A stretch of 64,000 nt of DNA, taken from assembly GCA_963728205.1 (NCBI GenBank), contig CAVSIV010000001.1:800001-864000 (forward strand), given 5' to 3'. This stretch comes from an uncultured Chloroflexia bacterium (lineage in GTDB: Bacteria > Chloroflexota > Dehalococcoidia > UBA2979). The translations under genes and the position numbers were made by a program. Below are positions 22,233 to 32,590 of the stretch, piece after piece; within the stretch, counting starts at the first letter, position 1; the number at the start of each line of letters is the position of its first letter. The notes beneath the pieces are model-generated. The model saw only the letters and a program-made list of their open reading frames with translations. It made no database searches and had not been told where the DNA came from.

Positions 22233-23441
22233 CTACGCGCGCTCGAAGAGCGCCGCGAGCCCCTGCCCGCCGCCGATGCACATCGTCTCGAGTCCGTAGC
22301 GCGCGTTGCGCCGGCGCAGCTCCGGCGCGAGCGTCGCGAGGATGCGCGCGCCCGTCGCCGCGATCGGGTGGCCGAGCGAGATGCCCGAGCCGTTCGGGTT
22401 GAGGCGGTCGTCGACCTCCGAGAGGCTCGTGCCCCAGCCCAGCAGCACCGAGAGCACCTGCGACGCGAACGCCTCGTTCAGCTCGATCACGTCGATCTGG
22501 TCGAGCCCCACCCCGGTCTTCGCCTTGAGCTTCGCGAACGCCGGGACCGGGCCCTCGCCCATGTACGCGGGGTGCACGCCGGCCGCCGCCCAGCCGCGCA
22601 GGAAGAGCGCGGGCTCGAGGTTGAGCTCCGCGAGCCGGTCGGCGGCGACCACCAGGCACATCGCCGCGGCGTCGTTCTGCGCGCTGGCGTTGCCGGCCGT
22701 CACCGTGCCGCCCGGCGTGATCGCGCGCAGCCGCGCGAGCGACTCCGCCGACGTGTCGGCGCGCGGGCCCTCGTCGGTGTCGACGACCACCGGGTCGCCG
22801 CGACGCTGCGGCACCGTCACCGGGACGATCTCGTCGGCGAAGCGGCCGGCCTGCTGCGCGGCGACCGCCCGCTGGTGGCTGCGCAGCGCGTAGGCGTCCT
22901 GTGCCTCGCGCGCGATGCCGTCGCGCTTTGCCAGGTTCTCGGCGGTCTCGATCATCCCGCTGATGTAGCCGACCCGCTCCTCGGGCGCCGCGCACACGCG
23001 GGCGCGGTCGAGCCGGTCGTGCAGCTGCAGCGACCCCTGCCGCACGCCCCAGCGCAACTCGCTGGTCGCGTAGAACTCGACGCGGCTCATCGACTCCACG
23101 CCACCGGCGAGAACGACGTCGGCGTTGTCGGTCTGCACGAGCATGGCCGCGTTGAGCACAGCCTGGAGGCCCGACGCGCAGCGGCGGTCGAGCTGATAGC
23201 CGGGCGTCTCGATCGGCAGTCCGGCCTTCAGGGCGACGATGCGGCCGACCGCCGGCTCCTCGCCGCTCGGGTAGCCGTGGCCGAGGATGACGTCGTCGAC
23301 GCGCTCCGGGTCGAGCCCCGTGCGCTCGAGGATGGCGCGCGCGACGGTCGCGCCGAGGTCGGCGGCGGCGACGTCCTTGAGCGCACCCCCGAACCGCCCG
23401 ACGGGCGTGCGCAGCGGGCTGACGATCGCAACTTCTCGCAT
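22233..23441 (-). CDS. Acetyl-CoA C-acyltransferase (thiolase)
   Basis: RTPVG.FGG, RRCASG, GGVESMS, NEAFA, GHPIAATG, CIGGGQG. Confidence 0.95.
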   Translation of the reverse strand: MREVAIVSPLRTPVGRFGGALKDVAAADLGATVARAILERTGLDPERVDDVILGHGYPSGEEPAVGRIVALKAGLPIETPGYQLDRRCASGLQAVLNAAMLVQTDNADVVLAGGVESMSRVEFYATSELRWGVRQGSLQLHDRLDRARVCAAPEERVGYISGMIETAENLAKRDGIAREAQDAYALRSHQRAVAAQQAGRFADEIVPVTVPQRRGDPVVVDTDEGPRADTSAESLARLRAITPGGTVTAGNASAQNDAAAMCLVVAADRLAELNLEPALFLRGWAAAGVHPAYMGEGPVPAFAKLKAKTGVGLDQIDVIELNEAFASQVLSVLLGWGTSLSEVDDRLNPNGSGISLGHPIAATGARILATLAPELRRRNARYGLETMCIGGGQGLAALFERA

Positions 23442-23596
23442 GGGGGAACCTCCAGGCTGCGGGGCGCGACGAGCATCGTAGCCGTTCCCGGCGAGCCGCC
23501 GGCATCGCCCGGCGGTCCTTCCCGCATCCCCCCGCCGCTCCTCCCGCGGCTCCCCGCGCGCCGCAGCATCTCCCCGCACGCGAGAGGAGCCGCCAC

Positions 23597-24454
23597 ATGC
23601 CCGCGGACGCCCGCGACGCCCTGGTCGAACGCGCGCGCACGGTCTTCGCCGCCGATCCGCGCGTGCTGGGCGCGTGGCTCGAGGGCTCGCTCGGCCGCGG
23701 CACCGCCGACGCCGCGTCCGACGTCGACCTCCACCTCGCCGTGCGCGACGCGGCCTTCGACGGCTTCGTCGCGAACCCCGACGCGCTGCTCGCGCGGCTG
23801 GCTGCGCCGCTCGGCTACCTCGACGTCCCGCTCCCGGCCGGCCGCCTCTTCGCCGCCGCGCTCGCCGGGCCCGTGCGCGTCGACCTCGCCGTCGAGCGAC
23901 GCGACGCGATCGCGACGGCGCCGCGCGAGGCGGGGCGCGTCGTCCTCTTCGATCGTGACGGCGTCGCGGCGTCGCTCGCGGCGGCGCCGCCGCCCGCGCA
24001 TGACGCCGCCGATCGCATTCGCGCGCTGATGCGCGGCTGCTGGATGGGCACGATGTGGCCGCACCGCTTCACGCAGCGCGAAGACTGGCCGGCGCTGCTG
24101 ATGAACGCGCTCACCGCCGTCCACCAGTTCGCCGTGCCCGCGATGCTGATCGCCGACGGATCGCCCGAGTTCTATCGCGACTGGTTCAGCGTCGCGCGCT
24201 TCCTGCGCCCGGAGCGCCGCGACGCGATCGCCCGCCTCTTCGCGCAGGGGTTGGACGCGTTCGCCGGCATCGACCGCGGCGCGCCGGACCGCGAGCGCCT
24301 CGCGCGCTTCCATGAGGCGTGCTTCGCCACGGTCTGGGGCGCGTTCCGCGACGCGTGCGCGGCCACGGGCGTCGCATACCCCGTCGCGGTCGAGCGCGAG
24401 TACCGCGACTATTGCCGTCGCGAGATGGGCGTCACCGTCCCCCCGCTCAACTGA
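23597..24454 (+). CDS. Nucleotidyltransferase-domain protein (Pol-beta superfamily)
   Basis: WLEGSLGRGTADAASDVDL (GS..DxD motif) plus a helical C-terminal domain. Confidence 0.8.
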   Translation: MPADARDALVERARTVFAADPRVLGAWLEGSLGRGTADAASDVDLHLAVRDAAFDGFVANPDALLARLAAPLGYLDVPLPAGRLFAAALAGPVRVDLAVERRDAIATAPREAGRVVLFDRDGVAASLAAAPPPAHDAADRIRALMRGCWMGTMWPHRFTQREDWPALLMNALTAVHQFAVPAMLIADGSPEFYRDWFSVARFLRPERRDAIARLFAQGLDAFAGIDRGAPDRERLARFHEACFATVWGAFRDACAATGVAYPVAVEREYRDYCRREMGVTVPPLN

Positions 24455-24690
24455 TCCGAAGCGGAGGCTTACGCGCGGCTCTTCGCGGTGCCGGGCGTGG
24501 ATCCGCGCGAGGCGGTGGCGATCGACGGCCGCGCGCGGCCGGCTGTCGCGGCTGCGATGGACGGCGCGACCACGGAGCTCGTCGGCGCCGAGGCTGCGGC
24601 TTCGCGGGGAGTGCGCCGGCGCACGCGTCGATCGCGCACGTCGGCGAGCTGCCGCCCCCCGCTGGCGATGCTCGGCGCGGCCGGCGGCTC
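24455..24690 (+). pseudogene. Degenerate C-terminal remnant of a HAD-family hydrolase
   Basis: Frameshifted segments YARLFAVPGVDPREAVAIDG..AAA..GATTELVG and ASIAHVGELP resemble a HAD C-terminus. Confidence 0.4.
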
Positions 24691-24734
24691 GGCGGGACGG
24701 GGGCCCAGCCGCCGGGAACCGTGCCGATCGGGGA

Positions 24735-25301
24735 TCATCCGGACGCGCTTGTCTTGCGTCCCGTCTCCACCTGCACCGCGTCGAACTCCACCTCGACGCG
24801 CTCCGTGTAGCGCTCGCCGTTCTCGCGGTCGTGCCGCATGAACGCCGGCGGGTCGATCGCGACGCGCAGCCGGTACGTGCCGTCGCCCGGCACCGTCCAG
24901 TTGCGGCCGTAGTGGAACAGCCACGGGTGCCACAGGAAGGGCTGCTCGTGGGTGCCCACCTCCGTGCCGTCCTCCGCGATCAGCGTCGCGCGCACGGTCA
25001 GCGCCGGGATGAAACGACCGTCGTCGCGGTCGCGGACGACCACCTCCACGTGCAGGTTCTCGTCCTCGGCGGGTTCATGCCACGAGAGCGCGTCGTCCGC
25101 GAACCGGTACATGCCCTCTGCCTCTTCGACTGCGTAGCCCACGAGGTAGTCGCCGGCTGCCTGCTCCGCGCCGTGCGCCTCCTCGTGTGTCATGTGCTCG
25201 ACGGCGGCGCCGAAGGCGTCGCCCTCGCGCCGCGCGAGCCGGAGTTGCTCGGCCGTTGCCTCATTGCTCGGTTGCGTCGTGGAGCGCCTGGTCGGGGACA
25301 T
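24735..25301 (-). CDS. Tp34/P19-like iron-transport family protein, no signal peptide
   Basis: YAVEEAEGMY, HVEV.V.D, WHPWLFHYGRNW, PGDGTY.L.V.I.PP.F.RHD; AGGAGG RBS. Confidence 0.75.
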   Translation of the reverse strand: MSPTRRSTTQPSNEATAEQLRLARREGDAFGAAVEHMTHEEAHGAEQAAGDYLVGYAVEEAEGMYRFADDALSWHEPAEDENLHVEVVVRDRDDGRFIPALTVRATLIAEDGTEVGTHEQPFLWHPWLFHYGRNWTVPGDGTYRLRVAIDPPAFMRHDRENGERYTERVEVEFDAVQVETGRKTSASG

Positions 25302-25491
25302 ACGTCCTCCTCTCTCTCACTGGATCGAGGCTAGACGACCCTGCTCGCAGGGCACTCGCGATATCGCGCACCGTCATGACCTTCGCATCGCGATTGGGCC
25401 CGTCACACCTGTCGAACCGCGCGATTCCGGCTCGCGCCCGCTACCATCGCGCGGCTCGGCGAGGGCCGAGCGCAGGGACCGGGGGGTGGCG

Positions 25492-26355
25492 GTGACCGAC
25501 GAGCCCGTGCAGCGCTTCGTCGACTCCCAGCGCGTGCGCATCGCGTACTGGGACTGGGGTAACGCGGGCGCGCCGCCGCTCGTGCTGGTGCACGGCGGGC
25601 GCGACCACGCGCGGTCGTGGGACCGCATTGCCGCCGCGTTTCGCGAGGACTACCACGTCGTCGCGCCCGACCTACGCGGCCATGGCGACTCGGACTGGAC
25701 GGTCGGGGGGACGTACGGCCTGCCCGACAACGCGCTCGACGTCGTCCGCGTGATCGAGTCGGTTGGCACGCCGGCGCGGGTGCTGTCCCACTCGTTTGGC
25801 GCGTCGATCAGCCTCGTGGCTGCCGCTACCTACCCCGAGCACTTCGCGGCAGTCGCGGCGATCGAGGGCACGCACTCGATGAATCCCGCGGCGAACGAGA
25901 TGGGACCGCAGTGGTTGCGCGCCTGGGGCGACCGCGTCCGCCAGTACGAGGGCCAGACGCCGCGCGTCTACCCGGACCTTGCTGCCGCGGCGGAGCGCAT
26001 GCACGAGGCGAACCCGCGCCTACCTGATGACTTCGTGCCCCACCTCGCCGCGTACGCCTCGAAGCCGGTCGAGGGCGGCCTGATCTGGAAGTACGACTTC
26101 TGGATGAACGCACGCACCTCGATGGAGATCCGGCGCGAGGAGCTGCCGCGCTTCTGGGCCGCCGTGGAGTGCCCCGTGCTGCTCGTGTTCGCGAGCGACA
26201 CGCGGGCGAACCAGCGCCCCGACGCCGAGCGCTTCTTCCGCGACGCGCGCACCGTGCGCATCGACGACGCCGGCCACTGGGTGCACCACGACCAGCCGGG
26301 GGCGCTGGTGGCCGCGCTGCGCCCGTTCTTCGCGGGCGAGGCGCGCCCGGACTAG
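25492..26355 (+). CDS. Alpha/beta hydrolase
   Basis: LVHGG, DLRGHGDS, nucleophile elbow SHSFG, AGHWVHHDQP. Confidence 0.92.
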   Translation: MTDEPVQRFVDSQRVRIAYWDWGNAGAPPLVLVHGGRDHARSWDRIAAAFREDYHVVAPDLRGHGDSDWTVGGTYGLPDNALDVVRVIESVGTPARVLSHSFGASISLVAAATYPEHFAAVAAIEGTHSMNPAANEMGPQWLRAWGDRVRQYEGQTPRVYPDLAAAAERMHEANPRLPDDFVPHLAAYASKPVEGGLIWKYDFWMNARTSMEIRREELPRFWAAVECPVLLVFASDTRANQRPDAERFFRDARTVRIDDAGHWVHHDQPGALVAALRPFFAGEARPD

Positions 26356-26568
26356 GAAGCCCCGCGGCGAGCAGCGAGCCGCGAGCAGCAACTGCGCTGG
26401 TCACGGTCGCCGAATACGCTGCCCCGCGTCGACGCCGCCGCGGGTCGCCCGCCGGGGGCCCTCTGGTGTCGCGGACTCGACGGTATCGCCGGCGAGTCGC
26501 GCTGCGCGTCGCAAGCCGCGGGGTCGGCGCGACCGCGCGCCGTCGCCGTTTCGCCAGGAGGATCGTTC

Positions 26569-29049
26569 GTGTCCGACGACGCATCGCCACCGCCCCCCGG
26601 GCCGCTCGCCGGCATCCGCGTCCTCGACCTCGCGACCGCGCGCGGCGAGCTCGCGGGGCGGCTGCTCGCCGACCTCGGCGCGGAGGTGATCAAGGTCGAG
26701 CCGCCCGGCGGCGCCGAGGCACGCCGCCGGCCGCCGTTCGTCGCCGGCCGCGAGGCCGACCCCGAGGCGTCGCTCTTCTGGGCCGCCGTCGCGCTGGGCA
26801 AGCGCAGCGTCGTCCTCGACCTCGCGGACCCGGCGCAGCGCGCGCGCCTGCTGCCGCTCGTGGACGCGGTCGACGTGCTGATCGAGTCGTCCGACCCGGG
26901 AGCGCTCGACGCGCTCGGGCTCGGCTACGACGTGCTCGCCGCCCGCAACCCGGCGCTCGTCTACGTCTCGATCACGCCGTTCGGGCAGGAGGGCCCGAAG
27001 TCCCGCCGCCCGGCGACCGAGCTCACCGTCGAGGCCGCCGGCGGCCTCGTCGCGCTGCAGGGCGACGGCGACCGCCCGCCGGTGCCGGTTGGCTACCCGC
27101 AGGCGGCCTTCCACGCCGCCGCCCAGGCGGCGGCCGACGCCGTGATCGCGCTGAACGAGCGCGCCGTGTCGGGGCGCGGGCAGCACCTCGACACCTCGAT
27201 GCAGGACGCCATCGTCTGGACGCTGCTCAACGCCACCGGCTTCCCGCCGAACGTCGGCCGCGAGCCGCCGTTCGCGGGCGACGACCGCGCCGCCCCGCGC
27301 CCGGCGCTGCACGGCCTGCGGCTCGGCGGGCTGAACCTGCTCGAGGCCGCCGACGGCTGGGTCCTCGCGAACCTGGGGCTCGGCCTCTACGGCGCGCGCG
27401 TGTGGGAGGGCATCGCCACGGTCGCCGCCGCCGACGGGCGGCTCGATGACCGCCTGCGCGGCCTCGACTGGGCGGAGTTCGCAGCTGCGATGGCGCAGGG
27501 CGCGGCGCCGGAGCCGCTCGGCCACGCGGCCGTCGCGATGGTGATGGAGACCGTTCGCGCGCACACGAAGGCGGAGCTGATGGAGCTCGCCGTCGCGCGC
27601 GACATGATGGTCGCGGCCGTGCAGCGCGTCGACGACCTCGTGGAGCGCGACCCGCAGCTGGCGGCGCGGGGCTACTGGACGACGCTCGCCGACGGCCACA
27701 CCTACCCCGGCCCGGCGGTGCGGCTGTCGCGCACGCCGGTGCGCCTCGCGGCACCGGCGCCGGCCCTGGGCGCGGACCAGGCGCTGCTGGACGCGCCGCC
27801 CCCGGCGCCGTCCCGCGCCACCCCGTCCGCCGACGCCGATCGCGCCGGTGAGGCCTACGCCGGCCTCCGCGTCGCCGACTTCTCGTGGGTCGGCGTCGGT
27901 CCGATCAGCGCGAAGTCGCTCGCCGATCACGGCGCCACCGTCGTGCACGTCGAGTCGATCGCCCGCCCCGACGTGCTGCGCGCGCTCCCGCCGTTCCGCG
28001 ACGGCGTGCCGGGCATCAACCGCTCGCAGTTCTTCGCCGACTACAACAGTTCGAAGCTCGGGCTCGCGCTTAACCTCGCGACGCCGGAGGGCGTCGCCGT
28101 CGCGCGTCGGCTCATCCGCTGGGCCGACGTCGTCGTCGACTCGTTCACCCCCGGCACGATGGAGCGCCTCGGCCTCGACCCCGACGTCATCTGCGCAGGG
28201 CAGCCGGATCTCGTCTGGTACTCCACGAGCCTGCGCGGTGCGACCGGCCCGCACGCCGCGTTCGCCGGCTTCGGTCAGCAGGGCTCGGCGCTCGCCGGCC
28301 TGCACGGCATCACCGGCTGGCCCGATCGCGCGCCCGCCGGCACCTGGGGCGCGTACACCGACATGATCGCCCCGCGCTACGGCACGGCCGCGCTCGGCGC
28401 CGCGCTGCTCGAGCGCCGGCGCAGCGGCCGCGGACAGCGCATCGATCTCGCGCAGGTCGAGGCCGGCATCCACTTTCTCGAGCCGCTCGTGCTCGACGAC
28501 ACGGTGAACGGCCGCGCCGCCGCCGCGGCCGGCCACGAGTCCCCGCTTGCCTGCCCGCACGGCGTGTACGCCGCGGCCGGCGTCGAGCGCTACGTCGCGA
28601 TCGCGGTCGAGATGCCGGCGCAATGGGATGCGCTGCGCGCGGCCGCCGGCCTCGAAGCGTGCGCCCCCGCCGGCGCATCGCTCGCGGACCGCATCGCCGC
28701 GCGCGACGCCATCAACGCGGCGCTGGGCGGCTGGTGCGCGACGCAGGACGCGCGGGCCATCGAGGAGCGGCTCGCCGTCGCGGGCGTTCCGGCGTCGGTC
28801 TGCCAGCGCCCGAGCGACCTCTACCGCGACCCGCAGCTCGCCGCGCGCGGCTTCTTCGTCACGCTCGACCATCCCGAGATGGGCCCGACGCCGTACGACG
28901 GCCTCGTCACGCACTTCTCGGCGAAGCGCGAGATGCTGCATGGCCCGGCGCCGCTGCTCGGCCAGCACACGCACCAGGTGCTGAGTCGGTTCCTCGGCAT
29001 GAGCGACGCGGAGATCGCGAACCTCGCCGCGGCCGGCGTGCTGTCGTGA
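26569..29049 (+). CDS. Two-domain (fused) CaiB/BaiF CoA-transferase family III
   Basis: LAGIRVLDL..LADLGAEVIKVEPPGG and a second LRVADFSW..LADHGATV unit. Confidence 0.93.
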   Translation: MSDDASPPPPGPLAGIRVLDLATARGELAGRLLADLGAEVIKVEPPGGAEARRRPPFVAGREADPEASLFWAAVALGKRSVVLDLADPAQRARLLPLVDAVDVLIESSDPGALDALGLGYDVLAARNPALVYVSITPFGQEGPKSRRPATELTVEAAGGLVALQGDGDRPPVPVGYPQAAFHAAAQAAADAVIALNERAVSGRGQHLDTSMQDAIVWTLLNATGFPPNVGREPPFAGDDRAAPRPALHGLRLGGLNLLEAADGWVLANLGLGLYGARVWEGIATVAAADGRLDDRLRGLDWAEFAAAMAQGAAPEPLGHAAVAMVMETVRAHTKAELMELAVARDMMVAAVQRVDDLVERDPQLAARGYWTTLADGHTYPGPAVRLSRTPVRLAAPAPALGADQALLDAPPPAPSRATPSADADRAGEAYAGLRVADFSWVGVGPISAKSLADHGATVVHVESIARPDVLRALPPFRDGVPGINRSQFFADYNSSKLGLALNLATPEGVAVARRLIRWADVVVDSFTPGTMERLGLDPDVICAGQPDLVWYSTSLRGATGPHAAFAGFGQQGSALAGLHGITGWPDRAPAGTWGAYTDMIAPRYGTAALGAALLERRRSGRGQRIDLAQVEAGIHFLEPLVLDDTVNGRAAAAAGHESPLACPHGVYAAAGVERYVAIAVEMPAQWDALRAAAGLEACAPAGASLADRIAARDAINAALGGWCATQDARAIEERLAVAGVPASVCQRPSDLYRDPQLAARGFFVTLDHPEMGPTPYDGLVTHFSAKREMLHGPAPLLGQHTHQVLSRFLGMSDAEIANLAAAGVLS

Positions 29050-29119
29050 GCTGCGCAACTGTCGTGGCCCACGTCCCCGCGACACCGGCGGCGCGTCTGC
29101 CGCCGCCGGCGGGAAGCGA

Positions 29120-30643
29120 CTACCCCCCGGTCCGCTCCAGCCGCACCGCGACGTCGTCGCGATAGACCTCGCGCCAGCGGCCGCTCGCGACGAGGTACAG
29201 CTCGAGCGGCGTGTCGGGCGGGATGAGCACCTCGCGGATCCTGTAGCGGTCGAGCACGCCCTCCGGCGCGACGGCGAGGCGGATGACGTCGACGTAGTCC
29301 CGGTACACCGATGTCTGCGTGTAGAGGTCGTGCTGGCGGCCGTCGATAAAGACGTGCAGCCGCGGCCACTCCGTCCAGATCACGTAGCCGCCCCAGTTGT
29401 AGTCGTTGAAGAGCGGCCCGCTCGGCGCGGCGGCGGCGAGTGAGCGTACCGCCGCGACCGGGACCGGCTCGCTCGGCGGCGTGTGGACCGCGCGCGCGCC
29501 GAGCGCGACCGCGATCACGACGACGACCGCGAGGTTCGCGACGCTTTGCGCGCGCGTCGGTGCGGCAGGGGACGACGCGCCCAGCGCGCGCAGCCACCCG
29601 AGCCGTCGCGGCACGGCGACGACCGGATCGCCGGGCGCCGCGATTGCGCGCGCCCACAGCATCGCGAGCGCCAGCGACGCGAACGGCACGTAGCGGGTCG
29701 CCCACAGCCCGGCGAGGGCGAAGGCGAGCGATGCAGCCAGGTCGAACAGCGCGAGCCGCGGCCGGCGCACGGCCAACAGCGCGACATAACCGAACACCAG
29801 CAGCGCGAACGGCCACGACGGAGCGAGCGTCAGGTCGGTGGGCTGCCACTCCTGGATGACCTTGCTGCCGGCGAAGGTGATCGACGTCACGGGGTAGCGC
29901 AGCAGCTCGAACCCGTTCGGGTTGACGATCGTCGCGACGATCGAGACGGCGAGCGCGGCCGCGAGGTGCAGCCGCCATCGCGGCGCGAGCGACCCGCCGG
30001 CGCGCCACCCGAGCAGGGGAGCGCCGAGTTCGGCGGCGAGGAACAGCGCGACCAGCGCGAAGCCGATCACGAACGCCGCGTGCACGTTCGCCCACAGCAG
30101 GAAGACCGCGGGCAGCGCCCAGGCGCTGCGGTCGGGCCGCCGCGACCACCGCTGCAGCCACGCGAAGAGCGCGACGAAGAGCAGGAACGACAGCACCTGC
30201 GGCCGCGAGCCGACGAACGGCAGGCACGCGGTGACGGTCGTGATCGCAATGAGGAGCGCCGCGAGCCGTGCCACGCCCACGCGCCGCATGGCCGCGACCA
30301 GCACGAGCGCCGTCGTCGCGAACGCGAGCGCGAACAGCGCGCGCGCCCCGGCCGCGCCGAACGCGCGGTGCAGTTCGTACATCGCGAGCTCGGGGAGCCA
30401 CTCGTGGACCGTCCAGCGCTGGCCCGCGGCGGTGAACGAGAACGGGTCGTGGATCGGCAGCCGGTGCTGCTGGGCGAGGTAGCGCCCGACCGCGAGGTGC
30501 CACCAGTAGTCGTAATCGGTGCGCACGAGGAACGTCACGTCGAACGCGACCAGCGCAACCACGGAGGCGACGAGCGCGTCGAGGCCGAAGGCGAGGCGAA
30601 GGCGGGGCCGGGCGCGGGCGGCGGGCTCCGGGTCGGGCGTCAC
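29120..30643 (-). CDS. Polytopic membrane protein, GT-C-type glycosyltransferase-like
   Basis: DYDYWWHLAVG, DPFSFT, HEWL, RPQ, LWANVH, NPNG, IQEW, FNDYNWGGY, FIDGR..LY. Confidence 0.7.
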   Translation of the reverse strand: MTPDPEPAARARPRLRLAFGLDALVASVVALVAFDVTFLVRTDYDYWWHLAVGRYLAQQHRLPIHDPFSFTAAGQRWTVHEWLPELAMYELHRAFGAAGARALFALAFATTALVLVAAMRRVGVARLAALLIAITTVTACLPFVGSRPQVLSFLLFVALFAWLQRWSRRPDRSAWALPAVFLLWANVHAAFVIGFALVALFLAAELGAPLLGWRAGGSLAPRWRLHLAAALAVSIVATIVNPNGFELLRYPVTSITFAGSKVIQEWQPTDLTLAPSWPFALLVFGYVALLAVRRPRLALFDLAASLAFALAGLWATRYVPFASLALAMLWARAIAAPGDPVVAVPRRLGWLRALGASSPAAPTRAQSVANLAVVVVIAVALGARAVHTPPSEPVPVAAVRSLAAAAPSGPLFNDYNWGGYVIWTEWPRLHVFIDGRQHDLYTQTSVYRDYVDVIRLAVAPEGVLDRYRIREVLIPPDTPLELYLVASGRWREVYRDDVAVRLERTGG

Positions 30644-30863
30644 AGTCGGCTCCGTCGCGTCGCGCGGGTGGCCCCCGGAGATGGTGCGCGACGGCGCGCG
30701 TGACGACAATGGCGCGACACCCAGCGCCACTCGGTGGCGATCGGGAGGGCGGTCCCGGGAGACGGACCCGGCAGTGCACACGACCGCGCCGGCGCCGTCT
30801 GGCCGGCCACGCAGCGAATCGCAAGCACCCCGCACCGGCGGCGACGGCGGCGCGCGCGGCGTC

Positions 30864-32516
30864 ATGCGTACCGCGCGCCCATGGACGCGGGCGGAATGGG
30901 GGGCGCTGGCGGCCGCGCTCGTCCTGGGCTTCGCCCTGCGCGCGCTTGCCGTGCTGCCGCGCGACTTCCCCCTCAACGACGGCGGCCTGTTCGACCTGAT
31001 GGTGCTGGCGGTGCGGCACGCGCATTTCGCTCTGCCGCGCGCGGTCGACTACAACGGCGCCACGCTCCCGTTCGACTACCCGCCCCTCGGCTTCTACGCG
31101 GCTGCCGCGCTCACGGCCACGACGCCGCTCAGCGTGCTCGACGCGCTGCGCTGGCTCCCGCTCCTCGTCAGCACCGCGACGATCGTGCCCGCCGCGCTGA
31201 TCGCGCGACGCGCGCTGCCTTCGCGGCCGGCCTGGGGCGTGGCGCTGTTCGTCTTCGCCGCCGTGCCGTCGGGCTACGCGTGGATGGTGATGGGCGGCGG
31301 GCTGACGCGCTCGTTCGGGTTGCTGTTCGGACTGTTCGCCGTGCACGCGCTGATGCGCGGCTTCGCGTGGCCGACCCCCGGACGGGGCGCGCTTGCGGCG
31401 GTGCTGTGCGCGCTGAGCCTGCTCAGCCACCTCGAGGCGTCGTCGCTCGTCGCGGGAGGGGCGCTCGCGCTGCTCGTGGCCGGGCCGCGTGACCGTCCGC
31501 GTCTGGCGTGGCTCGCGGCGGTCGCGGGCGCTGCGGCGGTGCTTGCCGCGCCGTGGTGGGCGACGGTGCTTGCGCGCGACGGGCTCTCCGGGTTCGCGCA
31601 CGCGCTGGGGAGCGGGCCCGGGCCGCTGGTGCGCGTCGTGAGCGCGCTCGCCGAGCCGGTGTTGAACGAGCCGCTGGTCGGGTCGCTCGCGCTCCTCGGC
31701 GCCGTCGCCGCCTGGTGGCGCGGCCGCCGCTTCGCCCCGACCTGGTTCTTCCTGGCGTTCCTGCTCACGCGCAACGCGGTCACGTACGGCGCGGTGGCGG
31801 CGGCGATCCTGGTCGCGGAGGGGCTATGCGGCGTGCTCCTCCCGTTCGTCGGGCGGGTGGGTCGGACCCACCGCGGGCGGCGGCTCGCGCTCGGCGCGCG
31901 CACGTGGGACGTCCGCTGGCGTCCGCTGCTGCCGCAGCTCGTTGTCATCGGCGCGGTGCTGTTCGTCGCCTGGGTGGAGGCCGCGAACGCGCGTCGCGCC
32001 ATGCGCGCGGTGTCCGCGCCGGAGCGGGCGGCGATGGCCTGGGTCGGCGCGTCGACGCCGGCCTCCGCACGGTTCCTCGTGATGTCGTCGGGGCGCGATG
32101 AGGGTGCGCCGTCCGATGCGGGGCTCGACCCGCTCCTCGAGTGGTTCCCGGCGCTGACCGGGCGCATGAGCGTGGTGACCCCGCAGGGCCGCGAGTGGTT
32201 CGGCGCGTTCCGGCGCACCGTGCTCGAGTACGACGCGCTGCAGCGCTGCACGCGCAGCGACGCCGCCTGCATCGCCGAGTGGTCGCGCGCGACCGGCGAG
32301 ACGTTCGATTACGTGCTGCTGCCGCGGCTGCCCGACGGCGCCGGCGGCGCGCGGGGTGTTGCCGCGCCCGTGTGCTGCGCGACGCTCGTCGCATCGCTGC
32401 GCGCGAGCCCCGCGTACGCGGTGGCCTACGACGGCCCGGGCGCCCTGATCCTGCGCTACCGGCCGACCGTCTCGGGCGAGGCGCGTGCACCGAGCGGCGC
32501 CGGCTCACGGCGCTGA
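30864..32516 (+). CDS. Polytopic membrane protein, ArnT/PMT (GT-C)-like
   Basis: FPLNDGGLF, YPPLGFY, MGGGLTRSFG, EWFPALT; many TM segments. Confidence 0.7.
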   Translation: MRTARPWTRAEWGALAAALVLGFALRALAVLPRDFPLNDGGLFDLMVLAVRHAHFALPRAVDYNGATLPFDYPPLGFYAAAALTATTPLSVLDALRWLPLLVSTATIVPAALIARRALPSRPAWGVALFVFAAVPSGYAWMVMGGGLTRSFGLLFGLFAVHALMRGFAWPTPGRGALAAVLCALSLLSHLEASSLVAGGALALLVAGPRDRPRLAWLAAVAGAAAVLAAPWWATVLARDGLSGFAHALGSGPGPLVRVVSALAEPVLNEPLVGSLALLGAVAAWWRGRRFAPTWFFLAFLLTRNAVTYGAVAAAILVAEGLCGVLLPFVGRVGRTHRGRRLALGARTWDVRWRPLLPQLVVIGAVLFVAWVEAANARRAMRAVSAPERAAMAWVGASTPASARFLVMSSGRDEGAPSDAGLDPLLEWFPALTGRMSVVTPQGREWFGAFRRTVLEYDALQRCTRSDAACIAEWSRATGETFDYVLLPRLPDGAGGARGVAAPVCCATLVASLRASPAYAVAYDGPGALILRYRPTVSGEARAPSGAGSRR

Positions 32517-32518
32517 AG

Positions 32519-32590
32519 GGCGAACGGCGCCGTGAGCACGCTGCGGGGTTCCGCGCGGCACCTCAGCCCGCTCACGCGGGGCCGTTCGCC
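32519..32590. repeat. Imperfect hairpin containing the CTCAGCCCGCT(C/G)ACGCGGGGCCGTTCGCC repeat unit
   Basis: Unit at 32562-32590 is nearly identical to copies at 60437 and 60494; partial inverted copy at 32519. Confidence 0.65.
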
